From Camelus ferus (taxonomy: Eukaryota), in NCBI RefSeq assembly GCF_009834535.1, contig NC_045711.1, positions 20,522,001-20,586,000 of the forward strand: a stretch of 64,000 bases of DNA, written 5' to 3'. The position numbers and the translations under genes are program-made. Each line of letters begins with the position of its first letter. The first letter of the stretch is position 1. This document shows positions 24,801 through 42,800 of this stretch, piece after piece. The notes beneath the pieces are model-generated. The model was not told where the DNA came from, ran no database searches, and was given only the letters and a program-made list of their open reading frames with translations.

Positions 24801-27431
24801 TTCCTCTCCAAGAGAAGTGGCAGCCTCTCTGCAGCATCATCACGGATAGGGCCCCCCCACCCTATCCACATTGTTCCCACAGACCTCAGGAGCCCCCTAG
24901 GTACAGGGGAGGCAAGGAGGAAACCTCTTGAGACCCTCTGCTGAGCACCTCCTGTGGGGAAGGGGTCAATCCTCCTGGGCCTTTAAGGACCTGAAACATA
25001 AACCCCTTCCCAGCCGAGGGGTGGCCATGCAGACACTTGCCCTCCCAGGGCTCCAGGTGTCTGAGTTGTTGGCACCTCCTGAGTCCTGCTGGGCCAGCCT
25101 TCTGCTCTGGGTTTGCCTTCAATGGTTTGCGCAGGGTTGGAGTTGCCCCAGGTGTGGGGGCGGTGGGTCTGGCTGAGCCCAGTGTGGTTTCCCTCCACAG
25201 TGCTGCTTTCCCCCCAACTCCTGCTGACTCCCCCCCCCCACTTCCCCTCCAGGTGCAGCACGTGGTGTCACAGAACTGCGACGGGCTCCACCTGCGGAGC
25301 GGGCTGCCGCGCTCGGCAATGTCGGAGCTCCACGGGAACATGTACATTGAAGTGAGCGGTCCCGTGGGGGCTCAGGGACCCGGGCAGGCCAGTGGGTCCC
25401 GCTCACCCGCCCTCCTCTCCTCAGGTCTGCACGGCCTGCACACCCAACAGGGAGTACGTGCGGGTGTTTGATGTGACGGAGCGCACCGCCTTGCACCGCC
25501 ACCAGACAGGCCGAACCTGCCACAAGTGCGGGGCCCAGCTCCGTGACACCATCGTGCACTTTGGGGAGAGGGGGACGCTGGGGCAGCCTCTGAACTGGGA
25601 GGCAGCCACCCAGGCTGCCAGCAAAGCAGACACAATCCTGTGTTTAGGCTCCAGCTTAAAGGTACACGTGGGATGGGGTGAGCCTGCCCACAGCTGGCCA
25701 GCTCAGCCTTAGACCCCAGCTTCCTATAGTCTTGTTCCCTGGTGTCTGTGTGGTCTGTCTGTCTATCCATTCCCCAGGTTCTAAAGAAGTATCCCCACCT
25801 CTGGTGCATGACCAAGCCCCCCAGCCGGCGGCCCAAGCTCTACATCGTGAACTTGCAGGTAACTCGGGTGCTCAGAGCTGCCTCCTTAGACCTGGGCCTT
25901 AGAACAGGAGAGCCTGACGTCCCTGGGACGTTTATGTCCCACACTCAGGCGCCACGGAGGTCTGCTGAGCAGAGGCTGTGAGGTTCTGTCCTCACTCGCC
26001 TTCTGTCCCCAGTGGACCCCGAAGGATGACTGGGCTGCCCTGAAGCTACACGGAAAGTGTGATGACGTCATGCGGCTCCTCATGGACGAGCTCGGTCTGG
26101 ACATCCCCCACTACAGCAGGTGAGGGCGTGGGCGCACCCCTCCCACCCCAGGCGCGTGGGCCATGTCTGTCATCCTTTGTGAGCTGAGCGTCGAGAAAGC
26201 TCTGAGTTGTCGCAGATGGCGTCTGAGGCGTGACCGCAGCATGGTGGCCTCTGTAGGGACTGGCCCAGCATTGGCCTAGGTGCCCTAGTTGGTGTGACTC
26301 CCTGTTGGGAGAGGGAATCTGCCAGCGTGTGCTGGGATGTCCCCCTTCACCCCAGACAGCTGGGATGGGAAGGTGCCTTGAAGAGACGTGCTCTCGGCAA
26401 CTCAGTTCAAGCAGGACTCGGTGCTCTTGGTGTGGGAGCTGGTGTACTTTGGGGAAGCTTAAACTGTGCCTTAATGCAGAATGTGTGATAATTTAGACGT
26501 GGTGTGTGTATTGAGTAAAAAGTTTACACTTTCTTTCTCTGTGAATTTTCAGGGTCTTATAGGGGAAATCAATAACTTCTTTTAATCAAAGGGTTCAAGA
26601 ATTAAGGATCCCTTCACCTTCTGGGCCTGGCAATTCTTGTATGTTATGTTTGTGGTGTTCTGTAATGTGGGCCTATTGTGTACTGTACCTTTTTCTTTTT
26701 CATTTTACATTAACTTAGCTCATTTTTTTTTTTTTGATCAGTGCTTATCTGTATCTTAAGTTTATAATATGTGGTTCTACATCTCAGTCAGACACATGAC
26801 CTCTTCACGGTGTAGTGCCGAGGCCGCACCTCCCTAGTCAGCTTCCCTCCCATCAAGTCTTGCAGTCTGGGAATGGGGAGAGGGTCTGGTCCGCTTGCCC
26901 CTGGTCGTACAAGTGAAAGGTGGGGCCCAGAGCTGGCTAGTGACTCCTCCCTCCTGGGGCTACTGCCACCCTACCCTGTGTGGGCACAGCCCCCTCAGTC
27001 ACCAGCGAGGACACCGAGTTCTGCAGAGGCTGAGCTAGTCTGGGTGCTGGCCTTTGAGTCACTCAGGGAGCTTATCCCTCGCGGATGATCCGGAAGTGCC
27101 ACTGAGCAAAGCCTGGCCGTGGTTAAGATGTGGGAGGGAAGCAGGGTGACCTCAGTCAGCTTTCCCGTCCTGGGGCGGGTGTGGTTGTGAGGGGCTCCCA
27201 GGCACACCTGACCCAGCCTTCCATTTCTGTAGGTGGCAGGACCCCATCTTCTCACTGGCAACTCCCCTGCGTGCAGGTGAGGAAGGCAGCCACAGTCGCA
27301 AGTTGCTGTGCAGAAGCCGAGAGGAGCCTGGAGCCTGCGGCCGGGGCACCCCTCCGAGCTCTGCCCCTGTCCTGGGCGGCTGGTTTGGCAGGGGCTGCAC
27401 CAAGCGCACAAAAAGGAAGAAAGCAACGTAA
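21851..27431 (+). CDS. SIRT7: NAD-dependent protein deacylase sirtuin-7, 400 aa if the exon 5 indel is corrected. Exons 21851-21943, 22017-22154, 22234-22338, 24065-24135, 24233-24306, 25253-25351, 25425-25661, 25778-25858, 26013-26119, 27233-27431. As written, a +1 base at ~24294 creates a premature TGA
   Basis: [14 protein letters not shown]..., YTGAGIST|[26 protein letters not shown], Zn-binding CxxC/CxxC, GSSLK, C-terminal KRTKRKKAT*. Intron 2 is GC-AG. Exon 5 is 74 nt instead of the frame-preserving 73. Confidence 0.95.
24337..24652 (+). mobile_element. MER2-like (Tigger family) DNA transposon in SIRT7 intron 5
   Basis: ATGGCATAGTGTTTGCATATAACCTAC...TTTAAATCAT...AATACCTAAT...GTTGGTTGAATCC...GATACC...GGTCCAGTTGTA matches the MER2 consensus as recalled. 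Confidence 0.8.
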
Positions 27432-27883
27432 TCTGGTGCTTGACCGGGAACAATGATGGCACTTTGCAAATGGCCGGAACTTACTCAGGGGCACGTGGCA
27501 CCGTGAAGTCTAGGACTGCACCTGAGACTTCTCGGGGTGACATTTTCACCCTGACGCGTGTAGCCAGCCGTCTGTCCTTGTGGGAAGCCCCCTTGCACTG
27601 CTGCGGTTGCCCCCGCATGGGCCTGAGGGTGGAGGACACCTCACCCGTGCAGCCTCTTCATGAAGAGGTGGCAGCCATACTCTCTGTGAGAACAGTACTC
27701 GGGTTATTTCACACCTGGTTGGCCAAGAGGAAGCACAGGCTGCCTTACCTCGTTCACCAGGCTAGTCTCAGGGGCCTCAACCCTATTTCTACTACTTCTT
27801 AACTTTATAGAAGCCTTCTTCCGTATTGAATATGCTGCAAAGGAGTGGTTTTGAGCCTTGGCTCTCAAGCAGACCTTTTTATT

Positions 27884-27889
27884 ATTAAA
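27884..27889 (+). terminator. SIRT7 polyadenylation signal ATTAAA
   Basis: ATTAAA in a T-rich context 450 nt after the stop codon. No AATAAA occurs between the stop codon and the PCYT2 promoter. Confidence 0.7.
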
Positions 27890-27929
27890 CATCTCTGCAC
27901 TGTCTTCCCTGCGTCACTGAGTGACTGCC

Positions 27930-28300
27930 TTACGGAAGCCCGGCGAGATTCCTGGAGGGGCCGGCGCGCGACACGTGGTCCGGCCCCGCCCCTTCCCCAG
28001 GTGGGAGCGGAGCAATGGTGCGCACCCGCCATTGGCCGCGCGCCGAGGGGCGGGGCCTCCAGGGGTAGGGAGGTGTGCTCCATTGGTTTGGGGCGGGGAG
28101 GCGGGGCCCGGTCCCGGAGGGGCTTGCCATTGGTCTCAAGGTTGGGGGTGAGGGGGCGTGGTTCCGCGCGCAGGGCGGGGCGGCGCTCGCCATTGGCCGC
28201 GCTCGGCGGGTGAGGCCCGCGTGACGGCGCGTGCGTGCGCGGGCGGGCGGCGGCGGTGGGGAGTCGGGATCCTGTCTGGCGGCGCCGCCGCTACGGGGCC
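27930..28300 (+). promoter_or_regulatory. PCYT2 CpG-island promoter: E-box CACGTG (27972-27977), four inverted CCAAT boxes (28031, 28082, 28129, 28192) interleaved with GC boxes
   Basis: Motifs read directly. NF-Y control of PCYT2 is established. Confidence 0.8.
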
Positions 28301-34454
<6,154 letters not shown>

Positions 34455-35077
34455 CAGGAAGCAGGAGGTCACCAGGGGCCCCCCGAGCACCGGCCCTCGC
34501 CCAGCCACATCTCGAGAGCGTGGCTCAGTTTTTAACAAAGCTGCGATGCCCTCTCCTCCGACCACTCGGCCTTGGAAGGGCTGATGTGGAGGATGCTGCC
34601 TCCCGGCCTGCCTGCACAGGGCCTGTCTCCCTGTAGGCCCTCGTGCCCTTCCTGCTAAGTGGCCGGAGAGGGTGTCTGGCACAGGAGCAGCCCGGCAGGC
34701 AGGATGAGCAGGGGCACCTTCAACCAGAGGGGTGCCACCCTGTGTGCCAGGGAGACCCAGCTTCCATCTGCCCGGCTCCACAGCTGCTTCCCCGTCCAGC
34801 CCCCTGGAAGCTCCTACGGACCCTGGCCGCCCCCCACCACCCCACTCCTCACGGCCTTCCTGCCCACTCAGCCTCTGGGGGAGCCCCAGGGGGCCCCTCC
34901 CATCCTCGTCAGAGTGCAGAGCGTGCCCCCTCCCATATGGGCGGCCCCTGCCCCGCGGCGTGTCCCTTCTGCCCCAGAGCCTGGCGCCCAGACACCACGC
35001 CCATTGCTTGCCGGGCCAGCCTCGCTGCTCTCACAGACTGTTCTCGATTTTGTACCTGACTGGCTGGCCTGCAACTG

Positions 35078-35083
35078 AATAAA
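35078..35083 (+). terminator. PCYT2 polyadenylation signal AATAAA
   Basis: AATAAA 620 nt after the stop codon. Confidence 0.7.
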
Positions 35084-37048
35084 CCTGCTGTGAGGTGCTC
35101 CGCGTCCGGCTCTCAGCCCTGCTGGGTGGGACCAGGGAACCCAGCACCTTGGCCCTGCTCCCTGGGGCCCATGCAGCAGGGTGGGGGCAGGAGGCAGCAA
35201 GGAACCCCCAGATCTGCACCCCCAGACACCTCGGGCTGCCTCCCACATGGCAGGCTACAGGAGAGGAAAGGAGGTGAGAGTGGGCAGTCGCCCGGCCATG
35301 GGTCTGCCACAGGGAAGCCAGGGGCTGGTGCCTGCAGTGTGTAGGCCACCTGAGCCAGGTCCACAGCATCTCAGGGTCTCCTGCACCCAAGTCGGGGGCT
35401 CTGGCCCCCTCTTGGCAGGGTGCTGGGGAGGGTGGCAGTGGTGTGTCTGATCTCCTGGTGTTTAAAAGTAAGGGTTGTGGTGCTCTGTCAGCCTACTCCC
35501 CGTTCCATCCAGAGTGGCTTCTGCCCCTCAGCGACTGGGCCCAGTGGGGCCGGAGTGGCCTGTGGCCTGGCGCCTTGGGAACCCTGGGCCAGTGTTCACT
35601 CCTTCCAGAAGGTGACTGACCCTGTCTTGTCTTTTTAGTTTGTAAGGTCTGATGGAGAACCCCATGCAGGACACTGAAGTGAGGTGGCCGTGCGTGAAGG
35701 TTCAGACACACTCGGGCTGGGCCGGGACCACCCTGCTTTCCTTTCCTCCCAGGTCAGGGGCGGGCCTTCCCTTCATTCCTGCCCCACCTGGCCCCCAGCT
35801 TTAGGAGTCTGGTGGTGCCAGACCTTCCCATGCTCAGATCCCTGGGCTGCAGGGATCAGCCTGCCAGCTGTAGACCTGGTATGGGAAGGACACAGGCGTG
35901 GCCGGTGGGTTCCTCTTGAGACTGCATGGCACCCCAAGATGGGCCTGGAGGACTGCCTGCAGCAGCAGACAGGAAGCCCCCGCTCGGCCATGGGTGAAGG
36001 AGACACCAGGCCTGGGGGTCCAGGAGGTTGGCGCCCTGAATACTCGTCCACCAATGTGCAGCAGGCTTTTGGGTCCCACCCACAGCACTCAGGCAAGGGA
36101 CCAGCGCTCGGGTCCCCACTTCATGTTTGTTCCCGCTGGGACCCAGCACTCCCACAGGTCCCAGTTCATGCTCTGAAGGGAATTCAAAAGTCAGCTTGCT
36201 AAGACTTTGATGAGTAAAGGAGGTAATTAGCCTGAGTGTGGGGCGGGGGAGGCCACTCCCAGGACACGGCTTTTGCGCTCAGGGGACCCATGTCCCTGCG
36301 CGGGCCCTCTAGGCAGGGCAGCACCCATGGCTTTGGGGACACTGGCTTCCATGTGGTCAGAGGAGGGGTGAAGGAGGAGCTTCCAGGCTGGGGGCTGTGC
36401 TGTCTGCCTGACACTGGATTCTGGACTGCAAGCCGGGGCTGTCTGCACAGTTGTCAGTCCCTCCTGCTGTGCCCAGCCTGGCCATTCGTTTGGCACAGGG
36501 TCTCACTGTCTGGTGCCGGGTGCTGTGCTGTGGCGTTTGGGAAGGCTCTGGAAAGGAGCGGCCCAGGAGCTGCCCCTCTAGTAAGGGAGGTCTTTGGCCT
36601 CAAGAGACCCAGGGTTGGGGGCAGGAGGGCTTCCTGGTGTGGGGTGTTCTGGGGAGGTTCCTATGAAGCAGGACATTTGGGCTGGCTGAGTAGACTCGAC
36701 AGCTCCTGAGGGACACAGGCACGTGTCCCAGGAGGACCCAGGAGCTGTAGGACAAGACCGGGAGAGCAGTCACAATGGGGTTCCCAGCAGCAGGGTTTGG
36801 GGAGCACCTCGGGCCTGAGGGGCCTGTCTGTGCTCCCAGGTGGGCAGAATGGGGTCTGGAGACTCGGGTCCGTGTCCACTCCCACATCCCCCGCGGCACC
36901 CACCCCCTCAGAGGCTGCACTTTGCTACTCATTAAGCTGTTTACTGCGGGAACAGGTGGGTGGTCCTGGCTACCGTCTCCTGCTGGGTGGGGCAGGGGCC
37001 GGGGGTGCCCGCAGGAGCCAGGCCAGATCCAGGTTTCCAGGTTAGGGC

Positions 37049-37507
37049 TCAGGCACTGTGACAGTCGGCTGCGTGGAGTGACAGGAAGACATCTGCCTCG
37101 CACTGGAAGGTGGCACGGCCGTCGGGCAGCCGTTCGCAGCTCTGCAGGTTCGGGGTGACGTCCTCGACGCACACGGTCTAGGGGCAGGAGAGGGATGAGG
37201 GGGCACCCGGCACTCCAGCGCCCTGCACCCCCACGCCCCGCACCCTCCAGTGCCCCGCACTCACGAGGCCCCGCAGCCTGGGGCGCAGCTCCCGGAAGGT
37301 GAAGGCTCGGCCTTGGGGTTTCGTGCCCAGGGGGGGCTCGGAGCGCCGTGCGTACGGTGACCTGCGGAGGCCGGACAGCAGCCCGGCGGCGCGGCCCACC
37401 GAGTAGTAGCCCAGCCCCGCTGCCTGTTTGTACCACGCAAGGCCCGCAGGCGCCAGCAGCAGGCACAGCGCCAGGGCAGCGACCACCAGCGTCACGGGCC
37501 GGGCCAT
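37049..37507 (-). CDS. NPB: Prepro-neuropeptide B, 123 aa. Exons 37507-37265 and 37177-37049
   Basis: Signal peptide [24 protein letters not shown], mature [29 protein letters not shown] followed by RR. Exon 2 reads [42 protein letters not shown]. The 87-nt intron is GT-AG. Confidence 0.95.
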
Positions 37508-37556
37508 GGGGACTCAGTGGCGGCGAGCAGCGGCGCGCAACAGCAGCACGGGCTCC

Positions 37557-37562
37557 TTATAT
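37557..37562 (-). promoter_or_regulatory. NPB TATA box (ATATAA on the - strand), ~50 nt upstream of the ATG, preceded by GC boxes
   Basis: Position and sequence. Confidence 0.65.
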
Positions 37563-39736
37563 CTGCAGCAGGGGCGGGGCAGGGCGGGGCGTGGAGGCGG
37601 GCACTGGGGCACACCAGGCCTCCCCCTCCCCCTCCCCATCCCCCATCCCAGAGGGAGAAGCCAGGGAAAAGCCGCACAGGGCTAGCGCCCTGGAGGCGCA
37701 GCAGACGGGCCCAGGGCTCGGTGGGGGTGGGACGCCCCCATCCTCTCCACCCTGCCCATCATCTCCCCTTTTGGACCCTGCCTGCTCTTGCTGGGAGGGG
37801 CCCCAGCCCCAGGCTCCCCCTACTGACCTTGGTCCAACTTGAGTCCAGCCTAAGCGGGAGCAGGGGCAGCAGTGCTGCGGCGAAACCCCACAATCAGTGC
37901 CCCAGCCCTGAGTCACCCCGAGGGGTCCCCAGCTCTCATGAGGCTGGAGAGCCACTGACCGCACTGTGCCCAAAGGACGGGGGACAAAGGAGCAGATCTC
38001 ACCCTAAAGGGGAACTGACCACAGGAGACCAGAGTTTCTAGAGAAGGCAGGGAAGTCCAGGGGGCCTGGGGGCAGTGGCCAACTTCACACCTGTGGGAGG
38101 TTCTATCACTGGTCTGATCCTTAGAGCCGGTGGCAGGACAGCCAGGATAGCTCGCCAGGCTGAGAGGGGGTGTTAGGGGAGTTGAGGACGTTTGCAAAGG
38201 TGGGTGCTGTGACCCTGTGCCTCCTTGTGGGAGGGAGAGCTGAGCTCACGGGACCCTGAGAGGACCTTGCAGAGGGCTGGACTCCAGATGTGTGCAGGGC
38301 CCGGCAGGGCAGATGCCCGTCCAGCTCAAGGGGACCAAGCAGGCCCTGGGAGGACCAGGCTGGATCCCAGCAAAGTGTGGAGAGGAGCACCCCAGAGCCC
38401 CGCAGGGAAGTGGGGCCTGCAGCAAGCTGTGGCCTCCCTGCGGGGAAGTGCATGTCCCCACACACGTGCTAAAAGCCCAGAGGCAGGGCTCAGGGGGTGG
38501 TGCCCCAGGCACATGGCTACTTCCTGACACGAGAGGAAATTTCCCGGGGAAGGCAGAACTCCAGGGAGGGGTGGCGGGCTGGGGGGCCACCAGTGGGACG
38601 CTGCAGCCACCACAGCCCACCTGGGACTGTGTCTTACCTGCTGGGCTGGCCTACAGGGCTCCTTGCTAACCCTGGATCTGGACACTGTACACAGAGGGCC
38701 CTAGAATACGGAGCTGCTGCCTAGAACCTAGCAGCCAAAGGGGGGCACCCAGGAGGCTGAACCCAGGCCTGAGAGGGAGGGCACCCGGCAGGTGACATCA
38801 GCCACAGGCTTCCCTCAGTGAGCTCTCCAAACGTCCTGGTCACCTGCCTTTCCCAGGACAGACACCAGCACAGGAACCCTGGTAGCTGGGTTTCTGGGTA
38901 GGGGGCACATGACCTCCGGGTTCTGTGAGGGTGATAGTCCCAGGGCCTCCTTTCCCCTGGGCACAATGCCCAGATGGGAAGTATGCTGGCACATGAGGGA
39001 CCACGCACTGCCCGGTCTTCTCCTCTGCGGACTGCAGACAGGTGGAGGTGACTGGACAGAAGGGGTTAGGGTGGCACAGGGTAGTGACCCCAAGGGAGGA
39101 GGTTATCCAGAAGAAACTGGAAGGAGCCAGTGCCCAGAGACTCCCTGCAGCTCATGGGACACGCAGCCTGCAGCGGTCTCCATCCAGAAGCTGCTTGACA
39201 CTGCCGGGGTTGGAACTGTTGCCCCCGAAGGGCCACTACCCCATGGAGCTGTGGCAGAACGGACGCCCAAAGGCCTCCCAAGGGCTGTCTTTCTCTCAGT
39301 AGGGAGGTCCTTGACACCCGCAGACACACCCTGATGTCAAGGACGCCAGCACTGAAGAGTCACCCAGGGGACTGAGCCTTCCGGCAGGAGAAGGCCTACC
39401 CGTGGCTGCCCACTGTCTCCAGCAAAGGTCCTACAGACCAGCCTGAAGGGTGGTCCCCAGGGCCTGGGCTGCAGGCCTCTGCTCCACTGTTCCTCCACCT
39501 CCCCTGCTGGCAGGAACATGCCCCAGGGCCTTGGCACCGCCAGGCTCTTGCAGCCCCCTGAGCTAGTCACTCCTGCCCCCCGCTCCTCTGGCTCCTTCTC
39601 TTCCAGGAGCTGTGACTCAGGCCTCAGTGGCATTGCATCGAGATGTTTATTCATGAGAATTTTCATATCAACGCACACAGAGGCCGAATTAGCGCCAAGA
39701 AAACAAGCAGCTAGAGGCCTCCAGCCAGACTCGGGG

Positions 39737-39742
39737 TTTAAT
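39737..39742 (-). terminator. ANAPC11 polyadenylation signal ATTAAA (a second AATAAA lies at 39646-39651)
   Basis: Lies in a 3'UTR block resembling the human ANAPC11 3' end as recalled (...TTATCCAATAAGT-AAAACTCATTAAAC). Confidence 0.65.
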
Positions 39743-39889
39743 GAGTTTTACTTATTGGATAAACTGTCAACGTTGTGATGAAAAAAAACACAAAGGCAAC
39801 TCCAGGCCTCGTTTCAACCCATTCCAGCCCAAAGGGGGCCGTCGCAGGGAGGGGGGCCTGCGTGGGGGGGGCGTCTGGGCAGCTCGGCC

Positions 39890-42800
39890 TCACTCCTTGA
39901 ACTTCCACTCCTGGCGGCACATGGGGCAGTGCTGCTGCACCTGCTGCGCGTTGAGCCACTTGAGGATGCAGTGCATGTGGAAGCAGTGTGAGCACTGGCC
40001 CCACACCAGCGGGCAATCGTCGCCAGGCACCTTGCCTGCGGGAGGAGTGGGAGAGGCGGGGGAGTTGCACAGTGAGGGACAGCCAGGAGGCCCAGGTCGC
40101 CAGCCCACTGACCCTGGGGGACAGGGACGGGGACGTGAGCCCATGGCAGCCAGAGACTCAGACATCAGGAGCGACACCAGTGATGTGGCCACTCCCCCCC
40201 CCCCCGCCCCGCTGCTCCCACTTTCACTCTCCCCCCCAGGCAGGGCCGGGGCAGCTCGAGGGGCTCCGCTCAGGAGGAGCTCTAGCCCGGCCCACAGGCG
40301 CCACCAGCGGCCTCCCAGGGCCCCGGCCCTCCTGCACACCGCAGCCCTGCCATCTGGCACCTGGGATGCCAGGAAGGGGGCCGTGTCCATATGCCCAGGC
40401 GACCGCAGAGGAGACACCTCTTGGTGAAGGCTAAGAGGTCTCAGGACCCCGGGGGTTCCTTTCTGAGGCAGCAGGGGTCCAGGGCAGTAGCAGGAAGCCG
40501 ACTGGGAACACTGGTGCTTACGGCCCTGCCTGCCAGCAGCTGCGAGTGAGCACGGCAGGACCTTCCCTCTCTGTCCCCAGCCTGAAAGGATCCCAGCTCA
40601 AAGGCCAGGGTACCCGCTGCTGGCACCCCACCCCACACACCTGGAAATGCTACCTACGTGGAGGGGACTGGCACTGCCCATGGTCCAGAGAAACAAGTGT
40701 CCCTCTGATTTTCAAGAATCTGGAAAGTCCCATCAAACAGCTGGTGCCAGAAGAGTGCAACAGCCTCCCCTGGCCCTGAGCCGGGCCGTGGGCACCAAGG
40801 AGCTACAGCTTGCTCTCTTGGGGGTGCCCCCCACCACTGCCCATCAAGCATGAGCCATATCCAGATGTCACTGGTGCACAAACACAGGGGGCGGGATGGA
40901 CAGGCCAGGCCTGGAGGAGCAGGGGACATCTTGTCCAGGAGGTGGTTGAGTGCATGTCCGGGACCGACCCCTGTGACCACAGGGCCAGCCTGGAGGCCTG
41001 TGTTCCTGGTCCTCACTCTAGACACCAACCCCGCCCCCCCAGGATGCGTGATCCTGCAACATGTCACAGAGAGGACGACGCTCTCAACACCCCACGAAGC
41101 GCTGGCTCCACGCTCAACTGGGAGCTGGGAAGCCGGCCTCGAGGCCTGCCTCACAGGGGTCTGCAGCCTCCGTGTCCCTCCGCCCGGCAGACAGGAGGCC
41201 AGGGCCACATGGCTGATGCGGGAGCTGCCGCTTCTGAGGGGAGCATTTGAACCAGGCAGCTGGCGTGGGCGCTGGGTCCAAGGGTCCTTCGACAACTGAA
41301 AACATGCACCTCCTACGCAGCCCCCCGAGCAGCCCCTGCTCCGTGGCGCACACACATCCCTCGGAGTCAGAGGGAAAAGGCCGCTGCCATCTTCTCGTTT
41401 GCTTGTCTGGGGTGGTATTCCTCAATCTTAAAAAATCCTTTCTGTAACAAAAATGTCACTCCCTTTCTGAAACTTTTATGATAAAACAACCAGAAAATCA
41501 TACACTTGCCATATACAAAGTTATCTACCTCACTCCGCTTCCCAGGCCACGGGGATGGGGTGAGAGGACCCTGGGCTCACAGAGTGTGACACCTGATTGA
41601 AACAAGCCCCCCACCACCCACCTGCAGAGCCCTTCCAACCTCAGGACTATGCTTGGAATCACCTCTAACACATGAGAGTCCCTTAAAAATGGAGGACAGA
41701 AAGGGTGGGCGGGGCTGGCGAGCCCACTGATGGGGGTCTGTGAGCCAGGCAGTCCTGTCCATTCCCACAGGGCTCGTCTGGGCAAAAGAGCCGCCTTCTC
41801 TCTGGTAACAGCGTGTGCAGGCAGCCTGTGGGGGATGTCTGACAGCACAGGCCAACCTTGGTGCGGACTCGCAGAGAAACCCAGTGTCACTTCACCTGCG
41901 CAGAAGGCACGCTGGGCTTGCCAAACACTCTGCTCCCGACAGCTGGCTCACTCTGACTCACAACCAGCAGGTCCAAAGCCTTCTTCTCGGCAGCCGACAC
42001 ACCTGAGCCAGGCCTGCGCACCAGGGATGCCCAGCCACAGCCCCCCCCCCCCCCGGGCCACCTCCAACACACGGGCCCACTCCCCACATTGGGCACAGCC
42101 ACAAAACTGCTTTCGAGGACTTTTCAGAGGCCCAGTCTACTGCTGAGGAAGCTGCAACTACCTGCCCCTCAGGGCTCCCACTGCCTGTGATGCACCCTTA
42201 GGAAGGGCGGTTTTAAACGGATTAAACAAGACCAGACCCAGTGCTTCCTACTCTCCAGTTCACTGTAACGTGTAAAACCCCATCAAGCAGAAGCAGTCGG
42301 TGATTTCCTAAACGACGTTGCACTGGCCTGATTACATCATGAGGGGTTCACTCCTAGGTGGTCACGCCTCCTGTCGGCTGAAGCGCATGTGAAGATCACG
42401 CCTAGGATGATGTCTGCACTGAAATTCAATGATTTGGATTTCAGTGTGAGAAGGAAACTCTCATTATTATTCTGGTGCTCACCTGGCCCCACAAGACAGG
42501 CCTGGTCACTAATGGGGCTGCCAAGAGCTACTCAGTGGTCCCCAAGCCCCACCTCCCTCTTGGGGCCCACCCTTGTGCCCTAGGCAAAGGCTCAGATCCT
42601 TTCTTCTGTGTCCTGTTCACTTGGGTCTGACTAAAAACTAAAGTCACTGATGCAAAACTCTGTTTTTGACCTAAATATGTAACCACGCACTTTCACTTTA
42701 CAGCACTGGGGACAAAGGAGTAACGCAAAAGACGACAAAGAAGACACATGACCAAACCCCACGGCAGGCATTCTACAAGACAACACTTTCTGAAAGAGTC

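Noticed and set aside
21851-27431. Calling SIRT7 a pseudogene
   Set aside because: There is a single indel. All other exons, splice sites, catalytic motifs and the promoter are intact, so an assembly error is more parsimonious.
39890-40417. 175-aa ORF extending ANAPC11 last exon into the intron (in-frame ATG at 40390)
   Set aside because: It would lack the N-terminal RING cysteines. No promoter evidence, and a good acceptor exists at 40036.
42417-42446. 13-bp hairpin CACTGAAATTCAA-TGAT-TTGGATTTCAGTG in the ANAPC11 intron
   Set aside because: Too short for a pre-miRNA, mismatched on the transcribed strand, and lies among degenerate repeats.
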